A DNA stretch of 64,000 bases from Kiritimatiellota bacterium (GTDB lineage Bacteria > Verrucomicrobiota > Kiritimatiellia > JAAZAB01), in assembly GCA_026398415.1 (NCBI GenBank), contig JAPLSY010000030.1, positions 21,306 to 85,305 on the forward strand, in the 5' to 3' direction. Shown here piece by piece: positions 1 to 9,170 of the stretch. Within the stretch, counting starts at the first letter, position 1, and every line of letters starts with the position of its first letter. The notes under the pieces were generated by a model. It had not been told where the DNA came from, made no database searches, and saw nothing but the letters and a program-made list of their open reading frames with translations. The translations under genes and the position numbers were made by a program.

Positions 1-2019
1 CCATCGGCCCGGGGGTGTCTTGAAGACCACGGCATGTCCTGCCCCGGTTGTGCTTCGCATGTCTGTGCTGGTCCCGCCGTCATACCGCAGCAGGACGCCG
101 GCCGCGTCCTGCTCCCGGACCAGTCCGGCCACCGCCTGGTCAGTGATCTCGCGTTGCGCGACCTCCCACTTGACCTTCGAGGTCAGCATATCCTCCGGAA
201 TCAGCTTCCGCGCGGACTCGTCACCAGTACCCTTCACCAGCGCATCCATAAACCGCGTCATCAGGTCCTTGCCTTGGGGCCGACTTTCCATCGCTGCATT
301 CATGGCCTCCATCACTTTGGCCGCGCCGTAGCGCTGGTGAACGGCATAAAAGGCTACCGCAGCCCTGCTGACCGGATCCTTGAATTTTTCCGGATTCTGG
401 CTCTGCTTTTCGAGCCGGGCCAGGCCTTCGACGCTGGCATAGTCATAGGGCTCCGGCCACAGGGTCGCTCCGAGCTTCTTATAAACCTCGTCCACTACCA
501 CCGACCCCGTGTAGTGTGCCCATCCCTCGGGCACTCCTTCCGGCAGGCCGAGGGAATTGACATTACGATACATGGCCATATGGCCGAGCTCATGGCAGAT
601 TCCGTAAATGTTGAACACCCCGCTCTGCATGGACGGAGCCAGGGTGGCGATCGAGGTCACCGTAAGATTTATCTCGGACTCGCCATCGGTCCAGAGACTG
701 GTCTGGCCGTCAGGATCTTTGGTTATCCGCACGACGAATGCGTCGGGCATATTGCATTTAAATTGATCCGCGTAAACCCGGCGCGCCTCGGCCGTAAGGG
801 TTAAAATGGCCTTGGCATAGGCAGGCGGTATGCCGACGCTGACCACTTTGGCGCCCGGCGCTTCCAGCGTCTGCTCGGCGACCGCGCCCGTCTTCGGTGG
901 TTCCGGAGATTTCCATGCAACCACGCTCCGAGCCCGACCGCCATCCACCGGAATGGAGGCTATTCCGTTCCCACTCTTGACCAGGATGGCGCTGCTGTCC
1001 GGCGCCCAGGCAAAGGGCATTTTCTTATCAAAGACCTTCTTTTTGCCGGAACCATCCGAATTCATGACCCAAATCTCGTTCAGACTGAGCTTATCCTTAT
1101 CCCCCTCGCTGATGTTGTGAACCTTGATGTAGGCGATCCGTTTGCCGTCCGGCGACCAAAGCGGATTATACGCACCACTGATTTCCCAGCGCTTTGTTTT
1201 CTCGTCGTAGGTGTTTATCGCAGGTTCCGTCAGAATCCTGCTCTCATCGGTTGCGAAGTTCTTGATTATGATACTCCCGTCAATCGCAATGCCCTGCCAC
1301 CACGACCCTCCCCGGACGATCTTGCCCGTATATGCCAGCCATCTGCCGTCGGGCGACCACGCAATGCCAACGCCGTCAAGCCCTGTCTCGCTGGCGGCAG
1401 ACGTATCCACGTCCAGGATCTGGATTTTATAACTTTTTTGGTAGCCGCCTAGTCCATAGGCCAGTTTCTTGGAGTCGGGTGACCATGACGCATGGGATTT
1501 CACAATGGCCTGCGCGAGTCGCTTAACCTTGCCGGTCAGCAAATCGAGTAAAAATATCCCGCTCCCCGATTCCGTGCCCGTCTGCTGATAGCCCGTAAAT
1601 GCCGCCTGTTTGCCGTCCGGTGAAATTGAGGCATAGCCGCTAAACTCGCTAAGCGCGAATTTTTTTCCTTTACCTCCGCTAAGCGGAATAAGGTAAACGG
1701 CGTTGCCCCAGAGCTGACTGGCGGCCAGTTCGTCACGTCCGCCCCACGCTATGTCCCATTCTCCCGGCAGACTACCAACCTGCTTCTTAGCGGAACCATC
1801 CAGATTGGCAATCCACAGCGCCGTGGCCGGGTCGCCGTATTCATCATACGCCGGCACCGGATAGGCAATCTGGGTGCCATCCGGCGAAACGGCAAACTTG
1901 CAATTGATCAGGGGATCTGGCTTCTGCCCATGCGGGACTTTTGAGAGCTTACCGCATGAGGCCAATAATAGACAAAACAGTCCTATACAACTCGCTGTTA
2001 ATATGACCTGGCTTTTCAT
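1..2019 (-). CDS. Lipoprotein with TolB-like (PD40) beta-propeller and C-terminal gluzincin-type metallopeptidase domain; 3' end runs off the window
   Basis: Not in the ORF track; translated by hand from ATG at 2019: MKSQVILTASCIGLFCLLLASC (lipobox), repeated (W/I/V)SPDG motifs, then CHELGHM (HExxH at 594-580) and PEGWAHY (528-511); frame open to position 1. Confidence 0.8.
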   Translation of the reverse strand, partial: MKSQVILTASCIGLFCLLLASCGKLSKVPHGQKPDPLINCKFAVSPDGTQIAYPVPAYDEYGDPATALWIANLDGSAKKQVGSLPGEWDIAWGGRDELAASQLWGNAVYLIPLSGGKGKKFALSEFSGYASISPDGKQAAFTGYQQTGTESGSGIFLLDLLTGKVKRLAQAIVKSHASWSPDSKKLAYGLGGYQKSYKIQILDVDTSAASETGLDGVGIAWSPDGRWLAYTGKIVRGGSWWQGIAIDGSIIIKNFATDESRILTEPAINTYDEKTKRWEISGAYNPLWSPDGKRIAYIKVHNISEGDKDKLSLNEIWVMNSDGSGKKKVFDKKMPFAWAPDSSAILVKSGNGIASIPVDGGRARSVVAWKSPEPPKTGAVAEQTLEAPGAKVVSVGIPPAYAKAILTLTAEARRVYADQFKCNMPDAFVVRITKDPDGQTSLWTDGESEINLTVTSIATLAPSMQSGVFNIYGICHELGHMAMYRNVNSLGLPEGVPEGWAHYTGSVVVDEVYKKLGATLWPEPYDYASVEGLARLEKQSQNPEKFKDPVSRAAVAFYAVHQRYGAAKVMEAMNAAMESRPQGKDLMTRFMDALVKGTGDESARKLIPEDMLTSKVKWEVAQREITDQAVAGLVREQDAAGVLLRYDGGTSTDMRSTTGAGHAVVFKTPPGRW

Positions 2020-2252
2020 TGTTACCCTCGATTTCTCGCTTTGCGCCGGAGCTTCGATCCACCATTTTGCTGGTATGCGCAAAAATGGTCGCACGGCTCG
2101 TATTCAGTATCCTGACAAGCGATTACGACCTTGTCAACAATCGCCGCCCTCACGGCAGGGCCGAATTGTATATTGCCGAAACCTCAATCCCCAAAATTTA
2201 TCCCACACATAAATGTTAAATACTAATTACAGGTCTGGCCTTAATTCCTCCT

Positions 2253-2294
2253 AAATAACATTCCAACATTCTGCAGAATGTTGGAATGTTATTT
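2253..2294. repeat. Palindrome P1 (42-bp perfect inverted repeat built from 8-nt AACATTC(C/T) units)
   Basis: AAATAACATTCCAACATTCTGCAGAATGTTGGAATGTTATTT is self-complementary; contains the TAA stop of the Mrr-like gene. Confidence 0.95.
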
Positions 2295-2852
2295 CAGGAT
2301 TTTGAATGAGTCAAGCCATTGCTGGAGAATGGTCCGGTCAATGAGAATGCATTCGGTGCCACGCGCAAATTCACGGGCATCTTCTGTGAACTCGCTATTG
2401 GTAACTACCATGGCTTTGGTGCATTTGTAGTATTTCATTCCAGCCACAGCGTCGCTGATGGCTTTCCTTGTGATCTTATTCTTGGAGCGTTTGACCTGGA
2501 CCGCCATACGTTCCTTGTCCTTATTGATGATCAGGTCAACGCCATAGTCGTTAGAATCCCGCAGGTTGCCAACTTCATAGCCCTGTTGCGCCAGAAGACT
2601 GCCTACAAGTTTTTCAAAAGCCGCTCCGGACATAGCGTCCACGGCAGCCATGTCCGGCGCCGCATTGGAAGCGGCGGCATTCGTGGCGGTCTCTGCCAAG
2701 GCACAAGTTGTAATCCCAAGTGAAGCACCCCGCGGTGAGCCGCGGGGTATTTCTGCGGAATCCTGCGAAGCCATTTCTCCCTGAGGCAAAGCACAGAGTA
2801 TCCCGGCGAAGAAGGACGAAATAAGAATGGCAACGGCAACAATTCTGCTCAT
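2289..2852 (-). CDS. Mrr-like restriction endonuclease catalytic-domain protein with hydrophobic N-terminus
   Basis: FEKLVGSLLAQQGY...DYGVDLI...AVQVKR (PD-(D/E)xK-type D..QxK). Confidence 0.8.
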   Translation of the reverse strand: MSRIVAVAILISSFFAGILCALPQGEMASQDSAEIPRGSPRGASLGITTCALAETATNAAASNAAPDMAAVDAMSGAAFEKLVGSLLAQQGYEVGNLRDSNDYGVDLIINKDKERMAVQVKRSKNKITRKAISDAVAGMKYYKCTKAMVVTNSEFTEDAREFARGTECILIDRTILQQWLDSFKILK

Positions 2853-2906
2853 GACACCCCGCTTAAATATGCTGTTCCTGACCGGACTTAATGGGAGTTC
2901 CCCTTG

Positions 2907-3236
2907 TTACTTGCTTGATTCATCGACATGGAATATGTGGAGGATCCGGTGAATGAGCGGGGTGAAGAGCACTCCCGCTACCGTGATGAATACGACGCCG
3001 CTGAAGAGGGCATAAGCCGAGGCAAAGAGCTTGGCCGCCCTGCCATGCAGTTCGCCGACCGGTCCCATGCCCCCGAGGATCATGGAGGCGTTCAGCAATG
3101 AATCGATCAGACTAAAGCCGGCGATCCCAATGCCTAAGGCAAAGACGATCAGCAGGCCGGCGACTCCGGCAAAACCGGCTACCCGCCAGGCAAACTGCCG
3201 GGCAGGCAGTAGTCGCTCGTGTTTCTTCTCCAGCAT
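2907..3236 (-). CDS. Small membrane protein (potassium-channel-pore-like family)
   Basis: Two hydrophobic segments around DSLLNASMILGGMGP. Confidence 0.6.
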   Translation of the reverse strand: MLEKKHERLLPARQFAWRVAGFAGVAGLLIVFALGIGIAGFSLIDSLLNASMILGGMGPVGELHGRAAKLFASAYALFSGVVFITVAGVLFTPLIHRILHIFHVDESSK

Positions 3237-3263
3237 GCGTCACCTATTCCCTGATTGAATTCG

Positions 3264-4172
3264 TCATTTGTATTTGATGAAAGTCCCCTGTTTATATTCC
3301 TCAAAAGCGATTTGTAATTCTTCCTGGGTGTTCATCACTATGGGACCATACCAAGCGACGAGTTCACCAATGGGCTTGCCGGAAATCAGCAGGAATCTCA
3401 CGGCACGCGCCTCGGTAAAAACCCTTATCTCGTCACCGTCATCGAACATGACAATCGTCCCGTTGCCGACAAATGGATCGCGCTGAATATCGAAATAATT
3501 GCTCCCTTCCACTTCGTAAGTGAAGGGATTTTTATCCCTGCAAAAATAGCCCTGCCCGTCGATTATGTAAGCGAAGACCGTATGGCCCTGTATCGTGGGG
3601 TGTCTGAATTCTGAATTTGCAGGAACGGTAACGTCGATATACTCAGGATCGATTACAATACCCCGGACCGGACCTTTAATGCCGGCCACTTCACCGGCAA
3701 TGACCTTGATGGTCGTGCCATTGGATAGTTTGACTTCGGGTATTTGTTTGTTCGCTACGTCTCGATACCGCGGGTCCATCATTTTTTCCCGGGCCGGCAG
3801 ATTGGCCCAGAGCTGAAATCCGTACATTTTTCCGCTTGCATCGCCTTTAGGCATTTCCTGGTGGATGATCCCGCTTCCGGCGGTCATCCACTGTATATCC
3901 CCCGAGCGAATAATGCCTTTGTTTCCAAGACTATCGCCGTGTTCTACGTCTCCAGTCAGAACATAGGTGATCGTTTCGATCCCGCGATGAGGATGCCAGG
4001 GGAAACCTTGTATATAGTGGGCTGGATTGCCGGAGCGGAAATCATCAAGCAGCAGAAAAGGATCGAACATGGGCACTTCACTGAATCCAAAAGCCCTTTT
4101 CAGGTGAACGCCCGCACCTTCAATCGTTGGCTTGCTTTTAAGAACTTTCCGGATTTTCCGAATTGTAGGCAT
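3264..4172 (-). CDS. Pirin family protein
   Basis: DPFLLLD, FPWHPHRGIETITY, QWMTAGSGIIHQE, GPIVMNT motifs. Confidence 0.95.
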   Translation of the reverse strand: MPTIRKIRKVLKSKPTIEGAGVHLKRAFGFSEVPMFDPFLLLDDFRSGNPAHYIQGFPWHPHRGIETITYVLTGDVEHGDSLGNKGIIRSGDIQWMTAGSGIIHQEMPKGDASGKMYGFQLWANLPAREKMMDPRYRDVANKQIPEVKLSNGTTIKVIAGEVAGIKGPVRGIVIDPEYIDVTVPANSEFRHPTIQGHTVFAYIIDGQGYFCRDKNPFTYEVEGSNYFDIQRDPFVGNGTIVMFDDGDEIRVFTEARAVRFLLISGKPIGELVAWYGPIVMNTQEELQIAFEEYKQGTFIKYK

Positions 4173-4192
4173 AGCAATTTCTTTCCTTCAGC

Positions 4193-4223
4193 CCTCGAAA
4201 TAAAACTTAATATTATTTCAAGG
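4193..4223. promoter_or_regulatory. Imperfect inverted repeat upstream of pirin gene, possible operator
   Basis: CCTCGAAATAA-N9-TTATTTCAAGG (10/11 arm match). Confidence 0.35.
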
Positions 4224-4461
4224 ATTGCTAATCATTCAACCATGCCATCCGATGTCTGTTAAGTGTTGATTTGAGGGACCCTAAAACCTCCAACTAGCTT
4301 TAATATTTCTTGAGGAACGGGCATATTTTGACTTGAATGGCATTATAGAAGAAAACGAGGTGGAATCAATGCTTGGCTTGCTTGATTGCTCCCTACGCGG
4401 CGCGCCTCATTTTCCCGCCGCTTCCGAATATTCCGGTCCCTACCTTCCCCATTCCCAAAAT

Positions 4462-4495
4462 AACATTCTAACATTCTGCAGAATGTTAGAATGTT
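4462..4495. repeat. Palindrome P2 (34-bp perfect)
   Basis: AACATTCTAACATTCTGCAGAATGTTAGAATGTT; encodes the last codons and stop (ACA TTC TAA) of the ArsR-like gene. Confidence 0.95.
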
Positions 4496-4761
4496 CTCAT
4501 GAACTTCAGGAAGGATTTGCCGTAAGGCGAAAGGGAATGGGCCACCCGGCGGCCGCGGTATTGTTTATTCAAAAGGCCGGCCTGAACCAGCGCGCGCGTG
4601 TGTTGCGAAATGGTTTTAAAGTTGGCTCCCAGCGCGCCGGCAAGCTCTTCAACCGCAATGCCATTGTTTTTCTCAACGGCAAGCAAAATGGCAATGCGCC
4701 GATGATTGGCCGCCCCTTTAAAGTGCCGTTCCAGTTGTTTTGGCGTCTTCATTCGTTGCAA
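4486..4761 (-). CDS. ArsR-like winged helix-turn-helix protein (no cysteines)
   Basis: NHRRIAIL...VEELAGALGANFKTISQHTRALVQAGLL wHTH pattern, 91 aa. Confidence 0.8.
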   Translation of the reverse strand: MQRMKTPKQLERHFKGAANHRRIAILLAVEKNNGIAVEELAGALGANFKTISQHTRALVQAGLLNKQYRGRRVAHSLSPYGKSFLKFMRTF

Positions 4762-4775
4762 AAACGAGCATATTT

Positions 4776-4809
4776 AACATTCCAACATTCTGCAGAATGT
4801 TAGAATGTT
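4776..4809. repeat. Palindrome P3 (34 bp, one mismatched pair)
   Basis: AACATTCCAACATTCTGCAGAATGTTAGAATGTT, 15 bp upstream of the ArsR-like start. Confidence 0.95.
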
Positions 4810-4893
4810 GTCAAGAAGAATTCAACGACAGCGTTCAGCACTTTCCGGAAAATCACGGGGCGGAGTCACGCTCTAACCATTGCAAACATAGCT

Positions 4894-5505
4894 TCATTTC
4901 GCAATTTTCAGCAGCACACGCCGGCTTTTCGTCGATGCCACTTGCTTGCCCAACGCAACCGCCTGCTTGCGTATCCCCGGCTTGTGCTTGATGTCACCCG
5001 ATACGCCGGCATTGGAAACAAGGAGCGAAGCAAATTTCATGCCGGTATATTTGGCGGTCAAGGCAAACGGCTTGCTGAGGGCATCCAACCCCTCATCTTC
5101 AAAGGCGCTGGCTAGCAGAACGAGCGTCTTGCCTTTTAACGGGGTCGCCACGGTGCCGGCCTGATTGTCCCATTTGTAGAGCGAGAACATCCGGTCAAAG
5201 ACGAGCTTAAGCTGCGCGCTTGCTCCATAGAAATACAGGGGCGTGGCCATGACAATCACATCCACCTTGGCCATCCTGGCCAGGACCGGCTTGGCCTCGT
5301 CCTTAATCACGCAGGCGTACGCATCCAGTTTTTGGCAGGTCCGGCAGGCTGTGCATCCGGTGGATTTATACTTTAAGAAAGCCGTGCGCACGATCTCAAC
5401 CCGCGCGCCTTTTGAGCGCGCACCCGCGGCGAACCAATCCACGAGTGTCGCCGTGTTGCCGGCTTTCCTGGGACTTCCTGATAGTATTAAAATTTCTTTA
5501 GTCAT
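4894..5505 (-). CDS. Flavodoxin family / iron-sulfur flavoprotein (NADPH-dependent FMN reductase fold)
   Basis: GSPRKAGNT, CTACRTC...C, ATPLYF motifs. Confidence 0.85.
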   Translation of the reverse strand: MTKEILILSGSPRKAGNTATLVDWFAAGARSKGARVEIVRTAFLKYKSTGCTACRTCQKLDAYACVIKDEAKPVLARMAKVDVIVMATPLYFYGASAQLKLVFDRMFSLYKWDNQAGTVATPLKGKTLVLLASAFEDEGLDALSKPFALTAKYTGMKFASLLVSNAGVSGDIKHKPGIRKQAVALGKQVASTKSRRVLLKIAK

Positions 5506-5998
5506 AGGTTCCTAATTTTGATTTTGTCATCCTTTCAATCGAAACGAGAACGTCCTTATAAATCCGCTCCAGTTGATCCGCCAGCTCGGGCGCAAGTTCT
5601 TCGCCAAATTCGCCCGACCAGGCCACCTCGATGCCGATCAGGCTAACGCGCTCCGGCATGGGTATATGCATCGTACGCGCCAGGGCCAGCGCCTCCGGCA
5701 GGTTAATACTGTGCGCGGAAGCCCCTACCCGATACCGCTCCAAGTCGGTTTCAGTCAGCACCTTGACCGTGCCGGCCGGCACCGTTCCCGTCACCATGGC
5801 ATCCACGATCAGGACTTGCTGAAAGCCTTGCGTCTCGGATATGAAATCCAACGGCGATCCGGTGAACTCACGCACGACCACACGGGCGTCTGACTTGAAG
5901 AATTGTTCCAGGCGTCGCCCAAGCGCATATCCAATGCAGTCGTTTTTAACGATCGGATTGCCAAGATAACAGATCAGCGTCCTGCGACTTTTTTGCAT
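5498..5998 (-). CDS. Hydrogenase maturation protease
   Basis: LGNPIVKNDCIG, IVDAM, SAH motifs; directly downstream of large subunit. Confidence 0.9.
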   Translation of the reverse strand: MQKSRRTLICYLGNPIVKNDCIGYALGRRLEQFFKSDARVVVREFTGSPLDFISETQGFQQVLIVDAMVTGTVPAGTVKVLTETDLERYRVGASAHSINLPEALALARTMHIPMPERVSLIGIEVAWSGEFGEELAPELADQLERIYKDVLVSIERMTKSKLGTYD

Positions 5999-6055
5999 AT
6001 TTATATCCGGCGCCTGTCCTCCGGCTTGCCCCGCCAGCCTTCATGCGATATGGAT

Positions 6056-7558
6056 TTAGCTGCGGGTGATGTGGCGGATTTCGGCGCCGGTGTTGTCGCG
6101 AAGCACGATCTGCATGGGCATCTGCCCAATGGCCGCATGCGTGGCGCAGGAAAAGCAGGGGTCGTAGGCGCGGAACGCCATTTCCACCATGTTGAAAATG
6201 CCGTCGCTGACCATGCCGTTCTTGATCAGGGTCTTGGCCACGTTGCGCACATCCATATTCATGGCGCCATAATTCTGGGCGCTGGCCACCAACAGGTTAA
6301 GATCGGTCATCATGCCGTTGGCATCGGTCTTGTAGTGATGGAACAGCGTCCCGCGCGGCGCCTCCACGACCCCCACGCCTTCGCCCACCACTTGCTTGCT
6401 GATGGTGCGGTAGTTCCGGCTGAGGATTTCGTCATCCGCGGCCAGTTCCTGCAAGCGCTCGGCGGCGTACAGGGCTTCCACGGCACGCGCCAGGTGGTAG
6501 GTCAGCGAATGCTGCACGGGCTTAGGTCCGAACCGCTTCATAAAATGTTTGTAAGCCTGCTGGGCTTTTGGGGTCGCCATGCCGTTACAGACATTGAGCC
6601 GCGCGAGCGGCGCCACCCGATACATGCCGCTCGCTTTGCCATCCACCAATCCTTTCCAGCCCACCTGCCGCAAATACGGAAACTTTAAATAAGACCACGG
6701 CACCGGATGCTCGGCGATATAGGCAAGATAATCCTTACCCTCAAAATCCGCCACGTATTTTCCATCCGGATCCATGATTTTCAGGCGTCCGCCGTAAAAC
6801 GTGAAACGGCCGTCGGCATCCACCATGCCCATGTGATAGGAACGATGGTAATAGAGGTCTTTATTCAGGATAATCGCGACATATTCCGGATTGGCCATAA
6901 CGATCTTGTCGGCGGCCGCGATGGTAAACTCGCAGAAGTCCACCAGCTTGCCGGCCAATTCCTGGATGCGTTTGCGCTCCTCCCTGGTGACGGGATGCGA
7001 CACGCCGCCGGGCAGGCTGAACACCGGGTGCGTGGATTTTCCGCCGATGATGTCTTCGATTTCCACGGCATAGCTGCGATGTTTGATCACCTTGGTCCCG
7101 ATATCCAAACCCAACTCGGCAATGACCCCGAACACATTGCGCTTAAGCTGATCGGCTGCCGGGCCGACCACAAAATCCGGCGCCATGCCCAGCGCGTAAA
7201 TATGCTCCAGGTGACTTTCCAGCATGTGGGCGCAGTAGCCCAACTCCCGGATTTTATGCGCCGCCCGGGGCGGAGGCGCGGCAAACACCTGGTCCAGGGC
7301 CAGCGTGGAGGCCAGGTGATGCGGCCACGGGCATACCCCGCACAGCCGCGTAACGATGCGCGGAATTTCCTCGGCAGGCCGGCCTTTGCAAAACTCCTCG
7401 AACCCGCGCAGTTCCACCACCTGGAAATAGGTGTCTTCCACGTTGCCGTCGGCGTCCAGGAAAATGTCGATCTTGGCGTGACCCTCGAGGCGCGTGACCG
7501 GCTCGATGTGGATCGTCCGCGCCGTAGTTTTTTTCTTCTCATCCCAGATTTTCGGCAT
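6056..7558 (-). CDS. mvhA: [NiFe] hydrogenase large subunit, Mvh type (group 3c)
   Basis: EPVTRLEGH, L1 RLCGVC, GVVEAPRG, L2 RAYDPCFSCATH plus cleavable C-terminal tail; start trimmed to MPKIWD. Confidence 0.93.
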   Translation of the reverse strand: MPKIWDEKKKTTARTIHIEPVTRLEGHAKIDIFLDADGNVEDTYFQVVELRGFEEFCKGRPAEEIPRIVTRLCGVCPWPHHLASTLALDQVFAAPPPRAAHKIRELGYCAHMLESHLEHIYALGMAPDFVVGPAADQLKRNVFGVIAELGLDIGTKVIKHRSYAVEIEDIIGGKSTHPVFSLPGGVSHPVTREERKRIQELAGKLVDFCEFTIAAADKIVMANPEYVAIILNKDLYYHRSYHMGMVDADGRFTFYGGRLKIMDPDGKYVADFEGKDYLAYIAEHPVPWSYLKFPYLRQVGWKGLVDGKASGMYRVAPLARLNVCNGMATPKAQQAYKHFMKRFGPKPVQHSLTYHLARAVEALYAAERLQELAADDEILSRNYRTISKQVVGEGVGVVEAPRGTLFHHYKTDANGMMTDLNLLVASAQNYGAMNMDVRNVAKTLIKNGMVSDGIFNMVEMAFRAYDPCFSCATHAAIGQMPMQIVLRDNTGAEIRHITRS

Positions 7559-8576
7559 AACCTCTGGCCCCCTTTGGATTATCTTCCACCACACGACCGA
7601 GTTCGGACTTCGGCAGGGAATACCGGTAAAAGAATCCCAGCGGATCGAGAATCTGGCTCATCAGTTTTTCGATCTGCTCTTCGCTCATCTCGGCTTCATG
7701 GTCGGTCAGCCCGTATAGCGACGAAATGGCCGAAAGCATGGAGCCGCCCTGCTCGGTCACTGCTCCCGTTGGCCCCATGCAACCGCGGCAAGGCATGTTG
7801 ACCTTGGTACAGACGGCGTCGCATCCGGCGCGGGTCGCCGGACCAAGGCACAGCACCCCCTGCTCCAGAAAACATTTATCCGGATCGAAATCCAGTTCAT
7901 GCACCCTTGTAAAGCTGCCCACCGTGAGCTTTTCCGCCTTTTTCCGTTTGCACTCGTCACAGAGCGTCATTTCGGAGGCAATGACGGTGCCCTTGGGCGG
8001 CAGGGGCTTACCCTTTTCCACAAAATCCTTGACCATCTGCAGGATCTGCATGTTCATGACATGGGTCGGCGGGCAGGCCGGCACGAAATAATCCACGTCT
8101 ACCACGTCGTCCAAAGCTTTAACATCCTCGAAGAATTCAGGCAGGGTCAGTTTGTGCCCGGCAGCGTCCTGAAAATTTTCCTGCGGCTCGGCGCCGTCGG
8201 TGTTGACCGTGGAAACCGTATTTTTATAAACCTGATCGAAGATCTTGCGCTTGGTTGTAACGTTGGCCAGTCCGGGAATGCCCCCCATATGGGCGCAGGC
8301 CCCATAGGCGATCAGTATTTTGCACTTGGAGCGCATAATCCTGGCCAGTTCGGCGTTATCGGAATTGCGCACGGCCCCGTGATAGAAACCGATGGTAATG
8401 GACTGGTCCGGCATGGCGCGCAACTGGTCATACTTGACGTCCAGCAGGGTCGGCGCAAACACAATATCGGCCAGCGCCATGAGCGTCAGCAGGTCCTCGT
8501 TGAAATTGACCACGGCAATGTCGCAACCAACGCACGAAGCGCCGCGTTTCAGGGCAATCGTAATTTTTTCCGGCAT
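7539..8576 (-). CDS. mvhG: [NiFe] hydrogenase small subunit, Mvh type
   Basis: SCVGC, GACAHMGGIPG, PACPP, LCDEC, CFLEQGVLCLGPAT...C...CRGC. Confidence 0.92.
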   Translation of the reverse strand: MPEKITIALKRGASCVGCDIAVVNFNEDLLTLMALADIVFAPTLLDVKYDQLRAMPDQSITIGFYHGAVRNSDNAELARIMRSKCKILIAYGACAHMGGIPGLANVTTKRKIFDQVYKNTVSTVNTDGAEPQENFQDAAGHKLTLPEFFEDVKALDDVVDVDYFVPACPPTHVMNMQILQMVKDFVEKGKPLPPKGTVIASEMTLCDECKRKKAEKLTVGSFTRVHELDFDPDKCFLEQGVLCLGPATRAGCDAVCTKVNMPCRGCMGPTGAVTEQGGSMLSAISSLYGLTDHEAEMSEEQIEKLMSQILDPLGFFYRYSLPKSELGRVVEDNPKGARGYAENLG

Positions 8577-8588
8577 GGCTTAGTACCA

Positions 8589-8623
8589 GTTATTAGTGAT
8601 CAGTGATCAGTAATTAGTGATTT
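8589..8623 (+). repeat. In-phase heptamer array, GTGATCA family (5 units)
   Basis: GTTATTA GTGATCA GTGATCA GTAATTA GTGATTT. Confidence 0.8.
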
Positions 8624-9109
8624 ATCATCATCCACCGTCTGTTGCCCGGCTTCCAATTTCCGGCGTCCGGTTTCTGGTGTCCGTTGCCTGTCGTCCGTCT
8701 TCCGATACGGACTGGGGCCGAGTTGCTCGACTTGATTGATAAAAGCATTAATCACCCGCGCAAACTTTTCGCCTTCCGAGGCTGAGACCCACTCCAGTTT
8801 CAGGCGGCCCTCGTGCAAGCCGAACTGTTTCAGCAGGAGTTTAAGGAGCGCCATGCGCCGGCGGGTGCGGTAATTCCCGCCGATGTAATGGCAATCCCCC
8901 GGATGACAGCCGGCCACCATGACGCCATCCGCGCCCCGGCGAAATGCGCGCAGGATAAATTCGGGGTCAATCCGCGCCGAACACATGCTGCGGATCACAC
9001 GGAATTCCGGCCGGATTTTCATGCGGCTGATACCCGCAAGGTCCGCCCCGGCATAGGAACACCAGTTGCAACAAAACACCAGCACTTTTGGTTTGAATTC
9101 AGCCGCCAT
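8600..9109 (-). CDS. mvhD: Hydrogenase iron-sulfur subunit MvhD
   Basis: FCCNWCSYAGAD, MCSARIDP, GCHPGDCHY; start trimmed to MAAEFKPK; tail encoded by heptamer repeats. Confidence 0.93.
   Translation of the reverse strand: MAAEFKPKVLVFCCNWCSYAGADLAGISRMKIRPEFRVIRSMCSARIDPEFILRAFRRGADGVMVAGCHPGDCHYIGGNYRTRRRMALLKLLLKQFGLHEGRLKLEWVSASEGEKFARVINAFINQVEQLGPSPYRKTDDRQRTPETGRRKLEAGQQTVDDDKSLITDH
8635..8704 (+). repeat. In-phase heptamer array, TCGTCCG family (10 degenerate units)
   Basis: CCGTCTG TTGCCCG GCTTCCA ATTTCCG GCGTCCG GTTTCTG GTGTCCG TTGCCTG TCGTCCG TCTTCCG. Confidence 0.7.
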
Positions 9110-9122
9110 AGCCCACAATACC

Positions 9123-9164
9123 ATTTCTGATTTATGATTTCGGATTGCTGATTGCTGATTTCTC
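9123..9164 (+). repeat. In-phase heptamer array, ATT(T/G)CTG family (6 units)
   Basis: ATTTCTG ATTTATG ATTTCGG ATTGCTG ATTGCTG ATTTCTC, between hdrA and mvhD. Confidence 0.8.
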
Positions 9165-9170
9165 GCCGCT

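Noticed and set aside
4333-4803. 156-aa plus-strand ORF spanning P2-P3
   Set aside because: Antisense to the ArsR-like gene; its ILTFCRMLEC and FQHSAEC segments are just translations of the palindromes.
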